A stretch of DNA of 64,000 nt from Myxococcota bacterium. GTDB taxonomy: Bacteria; Myxococcota_A; Polyangia; Nannocystales; Nannocystaceae. The translations under genes were made by a program, and so were the position numbers. A model generated the notes under the pieces. That model worked only from the letters and a program-made list of their open reading frames with translations. It was not told the origin of the DNA and did no database searches. Where the stretch lies: positions 544,001 to 608,000 of the forward strand of contig JBCCHT010000001.1 in NCBI GenBank assembly GCA_039028615.1. The letters are read 5' to 3'. Position 1 is the stretch's first letter; each line of letters starts with the position of its first letter. Positions 47,510-56,525 of the stretch are shown piece after piece.

Positions 47510-48439
47510 TTAGAGGCCCAAGTTGCGCAATCGGTTGGCGTGTTGGCGGAACAGAGTCTTGGGACTCGAGGACCACCAGTGCACCATGCCGAACACGTGA
47601 TTGACGGCATCGAGGTGGTTTTGGTCGTAGTCGTCCCGGATCACGGTCCCCAGATGAGCGCTACATTGACCGACCAGGCCATCGTTGGGTTCGTCGTAGA
47701 CGAGCGAGGTAATCCCGAACGCCGCGTCGGAGATGTCGAAGATGTTGGTGACCGCCCGATCACCGGTCCACGAGAAGTAGTGGACCCCGTCCACCACCGG
47801 TTCTCCCTCGCCGCACCATTCCGCAGGCAGCCCCTGCGGGTAGGCGGCATTGAAGGTCGCCATGCCCTCCGTCCCCAGCGAATCCAGGGTTCCGAGCGGG
47901 TCCTGGGGGTTGTACGTGCCCGACAACAGGGCGATGAGCGAGCCCAGCCCCCCCGCCATGCCGGCCAGGACGGTCTCGCCGATCGAGCCCTCCTCGACGT
48001 TGTCGCGCAGGAAGTCGGCGAGCTCCGCCCCCTGGTGCGGGCTGGCCACCGACGTCACCGAAGCCACCAGATCGGGGCGCTGCGCCGCCACCCAGCGGGC
48101 ATCGAGGCCCCCGTGGCTATGCCCGATGATGTTGACTCGAGGCGAGCCGCTCAGTGCGACAATCTCCTCGACTTGTGCCAACAGTTGGGCGCCCCGGTCT
48201 TCGGTGGAGCCGAACTGGCTCACTTGTGTCACGTACACTTCGGCCCCGCTGCGCTCGAGCGCATACTCCAGGCCATTCCAGTAGTCGAACACTCCGAAGA
48301 GTGTGTCGAAGCCAGAAGCACCGTGGGCCAAAACGATGGGATATTCCGTCTCCGTATATCCCGCTGCTCGAACATCACTGGCCATCGTCCCCACCCACAA
48401 TGCGGCGGTGAACGTGGCGACTCGCGTCACCATTCCCAT
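47510..48439 (-). CDS. Secreted triacylglycerol lipase (family I, Pseudomonas LipA-like)
   Basis: YPIVLAHG, GHSHGG, NDGLVG, NHLDAVN, HANRLRNLGL. Confidence 0.92.
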   Translation of the reverse strand: MGMVTRVATFTAALWVGTMASDVRAAGYTETEYPIVLAHGASGFDTLFGVFDYWNGLEYALERSGAEVYVTQVSQFGSTEDRGAQLLAQVEEIVALSGSPRVNIIGHSHGGLDARWVAAQRPDLVASVTSVASPHQGAELADFLRDNVEEGSIGETVLAGMAGGLGSLIALLSGTYNPQDPLGTLDSLGTEGMATFNAAYPQGLPAEWCGEGEPVVDGVHYFSWTGDRAVTNIFDISDAAFGITSLVYDEPNDGLVGQCSAHLGTVIRDDYDQNHLDAVNHVFGMVHWWSSSPKTLFRQHANRLRNLGL

Positions 48440-48875
48440 CCTAACTACTCCCCTTCTCGAGTCGCCGTCTCACCAACAGAGATCGACGCCCGTTCCGTCT
48501 TCCATCATCGATATCGTCGTGAGAATGTCAACGACAACTTTTGCCGTCATGCAATCGTCACACAATGCGCTGTTTCGACCGTCCATCGCGAGGTGTTCGA
48601 CACTGTCACAACACGCGGTGTCCGAAACCCGGCCTGAAATCGTGGCCCATGTCCGAAAGACAGGCCGGGACTGGACACCCGTATCGGAGCAACGGCGTGC
48701 CACGATTTGTCGGTTTTTCGTCGCATCCCCGCGACCCGAGTTCGCGCCATACCGCCAAAACCCCTCGTTCCCGGCCTTCAGAGCACCGTAGCGGGTAGAT
48801 TCCGTAAGCAAGCGGTCACCTCTGACAGTGCGACCGAGCCCGAACATGAGTCGACTGCTACGATCGCCGTCGACG

Positions 48876-49511
48876 ATGTCCGACCCCCGCACCGACGAGG
48901 CACTGCTCGAGGCATGGCGCCAGGGTGATCGACCCGCGGGGGCGGCCCTGTTCGCCCGGCACTACGACCTCGTGGTCCGATTCTTCATCAACAAGGTCGG
49001 CCCTCAGGAACAGGCCGACCTGATCCAGCGGACCTTCCTCGCGTGCGTCGAGGGCAAAGAGCGTGTTCGAGGTGACCGCTTTCGCAACTACTTGCTGGGC
49101 ATCGCCTTCCGTCAGCTCTACAAGCACTACGAAAAGCGCCGCGGCGAGCGAGCCCGACTCGACTTCGGCACCCTGAGCGTCGAAGACCTCGATCCTTCCC
49201 CCAGCCAGCTCGCCGCCAAGCAAGACGAGCAACGCCTGCTGCTGGCCGCCCTGCGCAAGATCCCGCTCGAGTATCAGATCGCGCTCGAGCTTTCGTACTG
49301 GGAGGGCTACACCGCGGCGCGCCTGGCCGAGGCGCTCGAGATCCCGCTGGGCACCGCCAAGACCCGAATCCGCCGCGCCCGCCAGCTCGTCGAAGAGCAG
49401 CTGGAGGCCCTGGCCAGCACCCCCTCGCTGCTCGAGAGCACCCGCATGAACCTCGAGCAGTGGGCCCAAGGCCTGCGCGAGCTGGCCACCCCCGAGGGCG
49501 CGGACAAATAG
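48876..49511 (+). CDS. ECF RNA polymerase sigma factor
   Basis: DLIQRTFL, FRNYLLGIA, LEIPLGTAKTRIRRAR. Confidence 0.9.
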   Translation: MSDPRTDEALLEAWRQGDRPAGAALFARHYDLVVRFFINKVGPQEQADLIQRTFLACVEGKERVRGDRFRNYLLGIAFRQLYKHYEKRRGERARLDFGTLSVEDLDPSPSQLAAKQDEQRLLLAALRKIPLEYQIALELSYWEGYTAARLAEALEIPLGTAKTRIRRARQLVEEQLEALASTPSLLESTRMNLEQWAQGLRELATPEGADK

Positions 49512-49549
49512 GCGGGAATGCGCGGCCGAGGCCAGCGGTACGGGCCTCC

Positions 49550-49768
49550 ATGTCACGGCTTCGGCGCTCGGCGAACAACAGTAGGCTCCTCGGCGTCTGC
49601 GGCGGCCTCGGGGAGACCCTCGGCGTAGACCCCACTCTCGTCCGCATCGGCTTCATCGCCATGGCGCTGCTCGGCGGACCGGGAATCTTGGCGTACGTCA
49701 TCCTCACCCTGCTCATGCCCGCCCCCCGTGCCCTGCCCGGCCCCGCCCGCTGGCAGCTGCCTGGATAG
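49550..49768 (+). CDS. PspC-domain small membrane protein
   Basis: RLRRS...LLGVCGGLGETLGVDPTLVRI...LAYVILTLLMP. Confidence 0.85.
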   Translation: MSRLRRSANNSRLLGVCGGLGETLGVDPTLVRIGFIAMALLGGPGILAYVILTLLMPAPRALPGPARWQLPG

Positions 49769-49966
49769 AGCCACCGCGAGCCCGCGCAATGGCGCCTGCG
49801 TGAAGGGCAAAAAGACGGGGCGGACCCGCGGCCCCTCGGCGCGGGCCCACCCCGTTGCATGTCCCTCCCCAGGGCCACGCGTCACAAAAATCCGTTCCCC
49901 CTTCGTGCACTCGCCATCGTTCTTTCAAGTACGAGGGAGTCCCCTACGGATTGCGTCACCAAAAGA

Positions 49967-50005
49967 AAGAACAGCCGCATGCCCTCGAGGCATGCGGCTG
50001 TTCTT
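49967..50005 (-). terminator. Intrinsic terminator of the ADYC gene
   Basis: Perfect 17-bp stem AAGAACAGCCGCATGCC / GGCATGCGGCTGTTCTT, 5-nt loop, followed by TCTTTT on the minus strand. Confidence 0.8.
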
Positions 50006-50021
50006 GCGTGCGCGCGAGGGC

Positions 50022-51062
50022 TCAGCTCGCCGTCCAGAACAACGCGCTGGGATCGGAGAACCAACCCGCCGCACCGAACCAGCAGGGCGGAGGCGGGTAG
50101 CCGTTGGCGCAGGCGACCGGGTTGCCGTTGTTGACCCGGCGATAGTCCAGACACACCGCGCCGTTGAGCCCCCAGACCGCCTCGTCGAGCGGCGCCGGGC
50201 CGATGAAGGGCGGCGTGGGGATGAAGTTGTGGCCGAACTTGTCCTCGGCATGAATCGGAGTCCCCGGCAACGTGTACGCATTGCCGTCCCCGCAATAGTC
50301 GGCCCGAATCATGGCGACCGCCGCCTGGAAGACCTGCAGCGGAGTCCCGCCTGCGGCGGCAGGCAGAGTCTCGGGGCGGTAGTTCCACAGCGAGGCCTTG
50401 CCCACCGCGCCCGCGACACAGCCGATGTACAGCAGCGCGGGGTCGTGACTGATGGCACCCGTCTGGTCGTCGACGTTCAGGCCGGCGTACACAGCCGCCG
50501 AGGTCAGGGGCTCCTCGCCTTCCATCAGACACGTGGAGACGCTGCCTTCGCCGTGCCCCAGCGAGTAGGAGAAGTTGTAGAGCGGGGTCGCCGACCCGGG
50601 GTCGTAGCCGGTCTCCACCGTGAGCTGGTGCTGGAACACCCCGCCGGGCTCGAAGCTCTCGAGGTGCCACACGGTGTCGTTGAAGTCGGGGTGGTCGATG
50701 ACGTAGCCGCTCGACAGCGTCGCCCGCAGAGCGCCGTCCACCACTTGAATCGTCCACGGCAAGACCGAGGCGGGGCCCAGCGGACCGTCGTAGTCGATGG
50801 CGACCAGGCGCGTGCCCTCGTGGATCTGACCGTCGATGTTCACCTCGGAAAAGAAGTGATTGCCCGAGTGGTTGGTGTTGAGCCGACGGCCCGTGTTCAT
50901 CCGACCGGTGTAGATCGCGAATCGGTCTTCGTCGTCGGCGTCCTCTTCGGCCTCGAAATCGAACTCACCGTCGAGGTCGTCGGGGTTGGCCTCACAACCG
51001 GTGCTCAGGGTGAGCAGGAGCGAGGACGCGAGGGCGAAGGTGCGAGCAATGGTGTTCAGCAT
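50022..51062 (-). CDS. ADYC-domain lipoprotein
   Basis: STGC lipobox; GCVAGAVGKA...MIRADYCGDG...EAVWGLNGAVCL. Confidence 0.8.
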   Translation of the reverse strand: MLNTIARTFALASSLLLTLSTGCEANPDDLDGEFDFEAEEDADDEDRFAIYTGRMNTGRRLNTNHSGNHFFSEVNIDGQIHEGTRLVAIDYDGPLGPASVLPWTIQVVDGALRATLSSGYVIDHPDFNDTVWHLESFEPGGVFQHQLTVETGYDPGSATPLYNFSYSLGHGEGSVSTCLMEGEEPLTSAAVYAGLNVDDQTGAISHDPALLYIGCVAGAVGKASLWNYRPETLPAAAGGTPLQVFQAAVAMIRADYCGDGNAYTLPGTPIHAEDKFGHNFIPTPPFIGPAPLDEAVWGLNGAVCLDYRRVNNGNPVACANGYPPPPCWFGAAGWFSDPSALFWTAS

Positions 51063-51235
51063 GGCGTTTGGGGCCTGCGGGGGAGGGATCGCAGGCGGAC
51101 GAGACGAGAAGTACGAACCGAGCCCCGATGGATTGCGACGATTTGCGGCCAGTGTGATCGACCTACGGGAAATGGCACCCTGTTTCGACATTGGGCGATC
51201 GCCGCGGGCCTGGTACACCGGTTGGGATCCCTCCA

Positions 51236-54200
51236 ATGCCCGAAGACGACCCGCAGGAGGCCGCGCAGCTGCGCACGACGGCGACCGAGCTCGCCGCGAC
51301 GGAGGCTCGCCTGAAGCTCGATCGGGGCGTCGACTACCAGCAGATGCGGGGGATGATCGAATCCTCGCTCTTCGGAGAACCCGCGGCCCCGCTGCTCATC
51401 GGGCGTTTCGCCGTGCTCGACCGCATCGGGGCGGGTGGCATGGGCACGGTGTACGCGGCGTACGACGACACGCTCGACCGCAAGGTCGCGGTGAAGGTGC
51501 TGCACGGCACCGCGAGTGAGGAGGCTCGCGAGCGGATGCTGCGAGAGGCGCGAGCGATGGCCCGCCTGTCGCATCCAAACATCGTCACCGTGCACGAGGT
51601 CGGCGAGCACGAGGGTCGGGTGTTCCTGGCCATGGAGTTCGTCCGCGGTCGCAGCCTCGATCAGTGGATCCATGAGCAGGACGAGCCGCGACCGTGGCGG
51701 GAGACGCTGGAGGTCTTTGCCCGAGCCGGCGAGGGGCTGGTCGCCGCCCACGAAGCGGGCCTGGTGCATCGCGACTTCAAGCCGCACAACGTGGTGCAGG
51801 GCGACGATGGGATGGTCAAGGTCCTCGACTTCGGGGTCGCGTTCCCCACCGCCCCCGCGGGCCCCTCGACGCCGCGCGAAGGGCTCCCGGAGACCTCGAG
51901 CGTGAACGAAGAGCAGTCGCTGACCCGCACGGGGGCGATCGTCGGCACGCCCGCCTATATGGCGCCCGAGCAGCTGATGGCCAAGCCCGCCACCGCGGCC
52001 AGCGATCAGTTCGCGTTTTGTGTCTCGCTCTACGAAGCGCTCCACGGCGAGCGCCCCTTCGCGGGCAAGCGCCTCGAAGCGCTCATCGATGCCGTCTGTG
52101 AAGGGCGGCTCCGGGAACCCCCGCCCGGCTCGACGGTGCCCGCATGGGTTCGCGCCATCGTGCGTCGCGGCTTGTCCACCGACCCCGCCGATCGTTTCGA
52201 ATCGATGCGGGCGTTGCTCGAAGCGCTGGGTCGCGACCCTGCACTGGCCCGTCGTCGCTGGCTGGGTGGTCTCGCGGTGGCCGGCCTGGCGGTGGTCGGC
52301 AGCTTCGGGCTCGCCGCCCTGCAGAAGCAACCGCCGGCCGAGCCCTGCCAGGGCCTCGAGTCGGCGCTGGACGACGTGTGGGGACCCAACCGAGTGACCC
52401 AGGTGCGGCAGGGCTTCTTGGCGAGCGAAGTCCCCTACGCCGATGAGACCTGGGCTCGCATCGAACCGCGCCTCGACGCCTACGCCCAGGAGTGGATCGA
52501 CGGCAGCACCAACGCGTGCCTGGCCCACGAAGCGGGGCGGCAGTCGCCGAAGATCTTCGACCTGCGCACGGTGTGCCTGGAGTCGAGGCGCGCCAGTCTG
52601 CGCGCCGTGGTCGAGCGGCTCGAGCACGCCGACGGCGGGGTCGTCGGCAAGGTCATGGAGATCATGGGCGGCTTGCCTCCGCTGGCGCGCTGCGACGACC
52701 TGGAGGCCCTGACTGCCACCGTGCCTCCGCCGGACGATCCCGAGCAAGCGGAGGCGATCCGCGAAGCCCGGCAACAGCTCGCCACCGCTCGCGTCCAGGA
52801 AGACGCCGGGCATGTCGCGGAAGCCATCGCGCTGGCGACCGAGGCTCGCACCACGGCCGACGCGCTCGAGTACGCGCCCCTGCAGGCCGAAGCCGCGCTA
52901 CGCCTGGGCAGCGCCACGGCCGAAGGCGGCGCGAGCACCCGAGACTTCGAACGCTCCGACGAGGTGCTCAGCGAGGCGATGCACACCGCCATCGGAGCGG
53001 GGCACGTCATCGTGGCCATCGAGGCCCTGGCCCGGCGCGTGTACGTGCGCGCCGAGCTGCTCAACCTGAACCGCGAGCGCATCCAGGAAGACGAGCCCTT
53101 GGTGCGGGCGTTGCTGAAGCAAGACCCGGCCGATGCCCACGTGCGCTGGCTCGTCGCCAACAACCTCGGGATCATGCACGAGCGAGGCGGCGACTGGGCA
53201 GCGGCGACGAAGCTGTACGACGAGGCGCTGGAGCACGCGCGCAGCCGGGGTGAAGGCGGGCTGCAGAACGTCGCGGTGGTGCTGACCAATCGAGCCCTCA
53301 CCGCGATGGACCAGGACGAGCTGGTCGCGGCCGAGACCGACGGTCGCGCGGCGCTAGAGATCGCCGAGCGCATGCTCGGGCCCCGGCATCCCCGTATTCC
53401 GCTGCATCTGTACCCAGTGGCGCACTCGTTGATGGCACGGGGCCGCCACGAAGAAGCACGCACGCTCTTCGAACGCGCGATGACCATCCGCGAGAGTTCC
53501 GGGCTCCCGCTCCCGCCCGATGCAGCGCAGGACCTGCACATGTTGTCGGTGCTGGCGACGACCCGGCGCGAGCACGCTCGAGCCCGCGAGCTGTCCGACC
53601 GGGGCTTGGAGCTGCTCGATGCGGACCACCCCTTCACGATCCGGCTGCTGCACGGTCGAGCGGACGCCAAGATCGGCGAGGGGGACATCGAGGGCGGTCT
53701 CGCCGACCACCGCCGAGCGCTGGCCGTGGTCACCAAGCTCAACGAGCCCGACGCGCTTCCCATCGCCGAGTCGCACGAAGCCCTGGGCGAAGCGCTGACC
53801 CGCACCGGGGATCGTGAGGCCGCCGTCGCCGAGCTCGATCGCGCCGTGACCCTGGTGCCCGCGAAGCTCATCGAGGAGTGGGTGTGGCTCGCGTCCGGTC
53901 GCCGCCGCCGGGCCGCGCTCCACGTCGCCGAGGGAGAGCCCGAGCCCGCGCTCGCACTCATCGAGCCCACGCTCGAGACACTCCGCCGTCGCGCCGCCCC
54001 CGGGCACCCCGAACTCGCCAAGCTGTGGCGACTACGCGGCGACGCCCTGGCTCAGCAAGGTGCCATTCAGGAGGCCCTGGAGGCCTACGAGGCCGCGCTG
54101 GCCGAGTACCAACGCGAGCACGACGAGGACCACCCCGAGCTGGCGGCGTGCCGCTTCGCGTTGGCCCAGACGCTGGCACGCTGCGTCGACGAGGCCGGAT

Positions 54201-54361
54201 GCACCCCCGACGGAGCGACCACGCGGGACCGAGCCTCTTCGCTGGCAGACACGGCCACCCGTGCCTACCGCAAGCTCGGCCCGGCTTTCGCTCCCGAGGC
54301 GGAGGCCATCGCGAAGTGGCGCGAGTCTCAGTACCAGACGTCGACCACGAAGCGCAGGTAG
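51236..54361 (+). CDS. Ser/Thr protein kinase with TM and C-terminal TPRs
   Basis: IGAGGMGTV, VAVK, HRDFKPHN, DFG, GTPAYMAPE; TPR repeats. Confidence 0.95.
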   Translation: MPEDDPQEAAQLRTTATELAATEARLKLDRGVDYQQMRGMIESSLFGEPAAPLLIGRFAVLDRIGAGGMGTVYAAYDDTLDRKVAVKVLHGTASEEARERMLREARAMARLSHPNIVTVHEVGEHEGRVFLAMEFVRGRSLDQWIHEQDEPRPWRETLEVFARAGEGLVAAHEAGLVHRDFKPHNVVQGDDGMVKVLDFGVAFPTAPAGPSTPREGLPETSSVNEEQSLTRTGAIVGTPAYMAPEQLMAKPATAASDQFAFCVSLYEALHGERPFAGKRLEALIDAVCEGRLREPPPGSTVPAWVRAIVRRGLSTDPADRFESMRALLEALGRDPALARRRWLGGLAVAGLAVVGSFGLAALQKQPPAEPCQGLESALDDVWGPNRVTQVRQGFLASEVPYADETWARIEPRLDAYAQEWIDGSTNACLAHEAGRQSPKIFDLRTVCLESRRASLRAVVERLEHADGGVVGKVMEIMGGLPPLARCDDLEALTATVPPPDDPEQAEAIREARQQLATARVQEDAGHVAEAIALATEARTTADALEYAPLQAEAALRLGSATAEGGASTRDFERSDEVLSEAMHTAIGAGHVIVAIEALARRVYVRAELLNLNRERIQEDEPLVRALLKQDPADAHVRWLVANNLGIMHERGGDWAAATKLYDEALEHARSRGEGGLQNVAVVLTNRALTAMDQDELVAAETDGRAALEIAERMLGPRHPRIPLHLYPVAHSLMARGRHEEARTLFERAMTIRESSGLPLPPDAAQDLHMLSVLATTRREHARARELSDRGLELLDADHPFTIRLLHGRADAKIGEGDIEGGLADHRRALAVVTKLNEPDALPIAESHEALGEALTRTGDREAAVAELDRAVTLVPAKLIEEWVWLASGRRRRAALHVAEGEPEPALALIEPTLETLRRRAAPGHPELAKLWRLRGDALAQQGAIQEALEAYEAALAEYQREHDEDHPELAACRFALAQTLARCVDEAGCTPDGATTRDRASSLADTATRAYRKLGPAFAPEAEAIAKWRESQYQTSTTKRR

Positions 54362-56451
54362 CCGCGGGTCCAGTCCTTGATGTCGAGCAGGCCCTCGACG
54401 TCCTCGAGCGCGATGCGCTGGCTGTGCTTCAGATCGAGCTCGAAGAAGCGCTCGCGGAAGCGCTTGGTGTGCGCGGCATCGTGAATGACCGCGGCTAGCT
54501 CATAGTGATTGAAGAAGCTGGCGTGGTTGAGGTTGGCCGACCCGATCCAGGTGTCGTCGTCGATGATCGCCACTTTGGCGTGGGTCATGTGGTTGTCGTA
54601 CTCGTAGACCTCGACCCCGGCCTCGATGAGCGCGGGATACTTGAGACGCGCCGCGTACATGAAATCCCACGAGTCGTTGCTCTCGTCGGGGAAGATGCAG
54701 ATCACCCGAACCCCGCGCTGCGCCGCCTCGCAGAGCAAGCTGAGGACCTCGCGCGACGAGAAGTACGGGTTTTCGATCAGGATCTCGCGCTTGGCCGCCC
54801 GCAGCAGCGTCTGGAGCTGCTCGTGGATCTGCATGCGCGCGCCCGGGGTGGTGTCGAGGATGGACACGGGCACCCCCGCCGGGTGGTCCTCGATGGGCGG
54901 GAAGTACGGGTGGTCGGCGCTCACCGCCTCGGCGGTGCGAGCCCAGGTGCCCAGCTCGAAGGCATCGCCTCCCTCCGCGACCCACCGCTCGCGAAAGCGT
55001 GACTGCAACGAAGCCACCACGGGCCCCTGCAGCTCCACGAAGCAGTCGTGCCACTTGATCCACTCTTCGTCCGCCGCGGGCACGGCCGGATCGAAGGGCC
55101 GCTCGAACAGATACTCGCGCCCGATGTTCGCGCCTCCGGTCAGCGCGTGCGTCCCGTCGACGATGAGCAGCTTGCGATGGTCGATGCGCGCCACGGTGAA
55201 GAAGGGCAGCGCCTTGCGGAGCTCGGCGTAGGCCTCGGGTTCGACGCCGTCCGCCCACGGCGCGACCTCGACGTAGGGGAAGCTCGAGTCCAGCAAGGTC
55301 AGGTTGGGCACCTCTTCCATCCGGCTGCGCAGCTCCGAGGTGTCCCCCCGCAGGCGTTCGGCCTCGCGCTCGACGTCGAGGGCTTCGAGCATCGCGTCTC
55401 GCTGCTCGTCGCTCAGCTCCCGCCCCACCCTCGTCCAGATCTCCTTGAGCGTCGCCAACGAGTGGCTGCTCCCGGTCGTCTTGACGTCGAACATGATCCG
55501 AACCTCGACCCCGTCGCGCGCCCGCGCAATGAGGTGGTCGACGACTTCTCGGCCGCTCGCGTCGTTGAACAGCAGCATCATCTCCATGTGGATGCTGCGC
55601 TGCGCCCCGTCGATGGCCTCGAGCATGGCCCGGCGAATCTCGACCCCGTCGATGAGCGGCTCGGCTCGATTGCCGGGCACCCGGCGAGGCTGGTCTGCCC
55701 GTAGATCGAAGGTGTAGGGGCTGCCCCAGCGGCCGATGCGGGTACCGACGTGGTTTTCCCACAGACCGCGCTCGGTGAGCGAACCGAGCCTGAAGTGATC
55801 GCGCGAACTCCAGGGCGCGCCCGGGCGAGCCAGCTCGATCGAAAGGTCGGGGCGATGCTCGTGGTCATCGCAGAACGACAGCAGTGCTCGCCCCTTGTCG
55901 TCCAGGCGCGAATCGGCCAGCACCTTCCGGTCGAGCAGGCCGTGCTCGACGAGCGTCACCGCCGTGCCTTCCTCCGCCCCGACGAAATCGCCTTGCTCGT
56001 CGTCCCACTCCACGAACCGCACGAAGCAATCGAAGGAGACGCGAAAGCGGACCGGATCCGACACCGTGCCGATCTGCGGACCGACCTCACCCGTCCAGAG
56101 ACCGCGCTGATAGTCCTCGCTGTAGCGATTGCGCGTGGTCCAGACCGACGGCAAGCGCTGCTTCTGTTCGCCGCCTTCACCCCCTTCGACCAGGGTTCCC
56201 GTGGAGGGGTCGAGCCACGCCCCGCCGAAGCGGATCTCGAAGTAGACCTCCGGGCGCCGCTCCCCCGTGTCGGCCACCGCGATGCGGACCTGCCCCTGCC
56301 CTCCGCGGATGCGCCCCGAGCCGATGGTGTCGTCGGGCGTGATGGGGTCCCGCTCGCGTGCGAAGACCTCGACCCCGTCGGGCAAGGGCGCGTAGCGTCG
56401 CTCGCTGCGGTTCCAATACGTGAACGCGAGGTGGCACTCCAAAGCCGACAC
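54328..56451 (-). CDS. Phospholipase D / cardiolipin synthase-like protein with duplicated N-terminal domain
   Basis: Two HKD motifs (HRKLLIVD, HAKVAIID...GSAN). Confidence 0.88.
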   Translation of the reverse strand: MSALECHLAFTYWNRSERRYAPLPDGVEVFARERDPITPDDTIGSGRIRGGQGQVRIAVADTGERRPEVYFEIRFGGAWLDPSTGTLVEGGEGGEQKQRLPSVWTTRNRYSEDYQRGLWTGEVGPQIGTVSDPVRFRVSFDCFVRFVEWDDEQGDFVGAEEGTAVTLVEHGLLDRKVLADSRLDDKGRALLSFCDDHEHRPDLSIELARPGAPWSSRDHFRLGSLTERGLWENHVGTRIGRWGSPYTFDLRADQPRRVPGNRAEPLIDGVEIRRAMLEAIDGAQRSIHMEMMLLFNDASGREVVDHLIARARDGVEVRIMFDVKTTGSSHSLATLKEIWTRVGRELSDEQRDAMLEALDVEREAERLRGDTSELRSRMEEVPNLTLLDSSFPYVEVAPWADGVEPEAYAELRKALPFFTVARIDHRKLLIVDGTHALTGGANIGREYLFERPFDPAVPAADEEWIKWHDCFVELQGPVVASLQSRFRERWVAEGGDAFELGTWARTAEAVSADHPYFPPIEDHPAGVPVSILDTTPGARMQIHEQLQTLLRAAKREILIENPYFSSREVLSLLCEAAQRGVRVICIFPDESNDSWDFMYAARLKYPALIEAGVEVYEYDNHMTHAKVAIIDDDTWIGSANLNHASFFNHYELAAVIHDAAHTKRFRERFFELDLKHSQRIALEDVEGLLDIKDWTRGYLRFVVDVWY

Positions 56452-56525
56452 CGCCTCAGATTACGTCAGGATCGCCTCGCCTGGCGGGACGAAAAGTGGG
56501 CCGCCCCCGGCCCGATGGCCAAGCG

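Noticed and set aside
48440..48875. Lower-GC region with loose GTCACA and TGTTCGA-like repeats
   Set aside because: Probably the divergent promoter region, but the repeats are too degenerate to call binding sites
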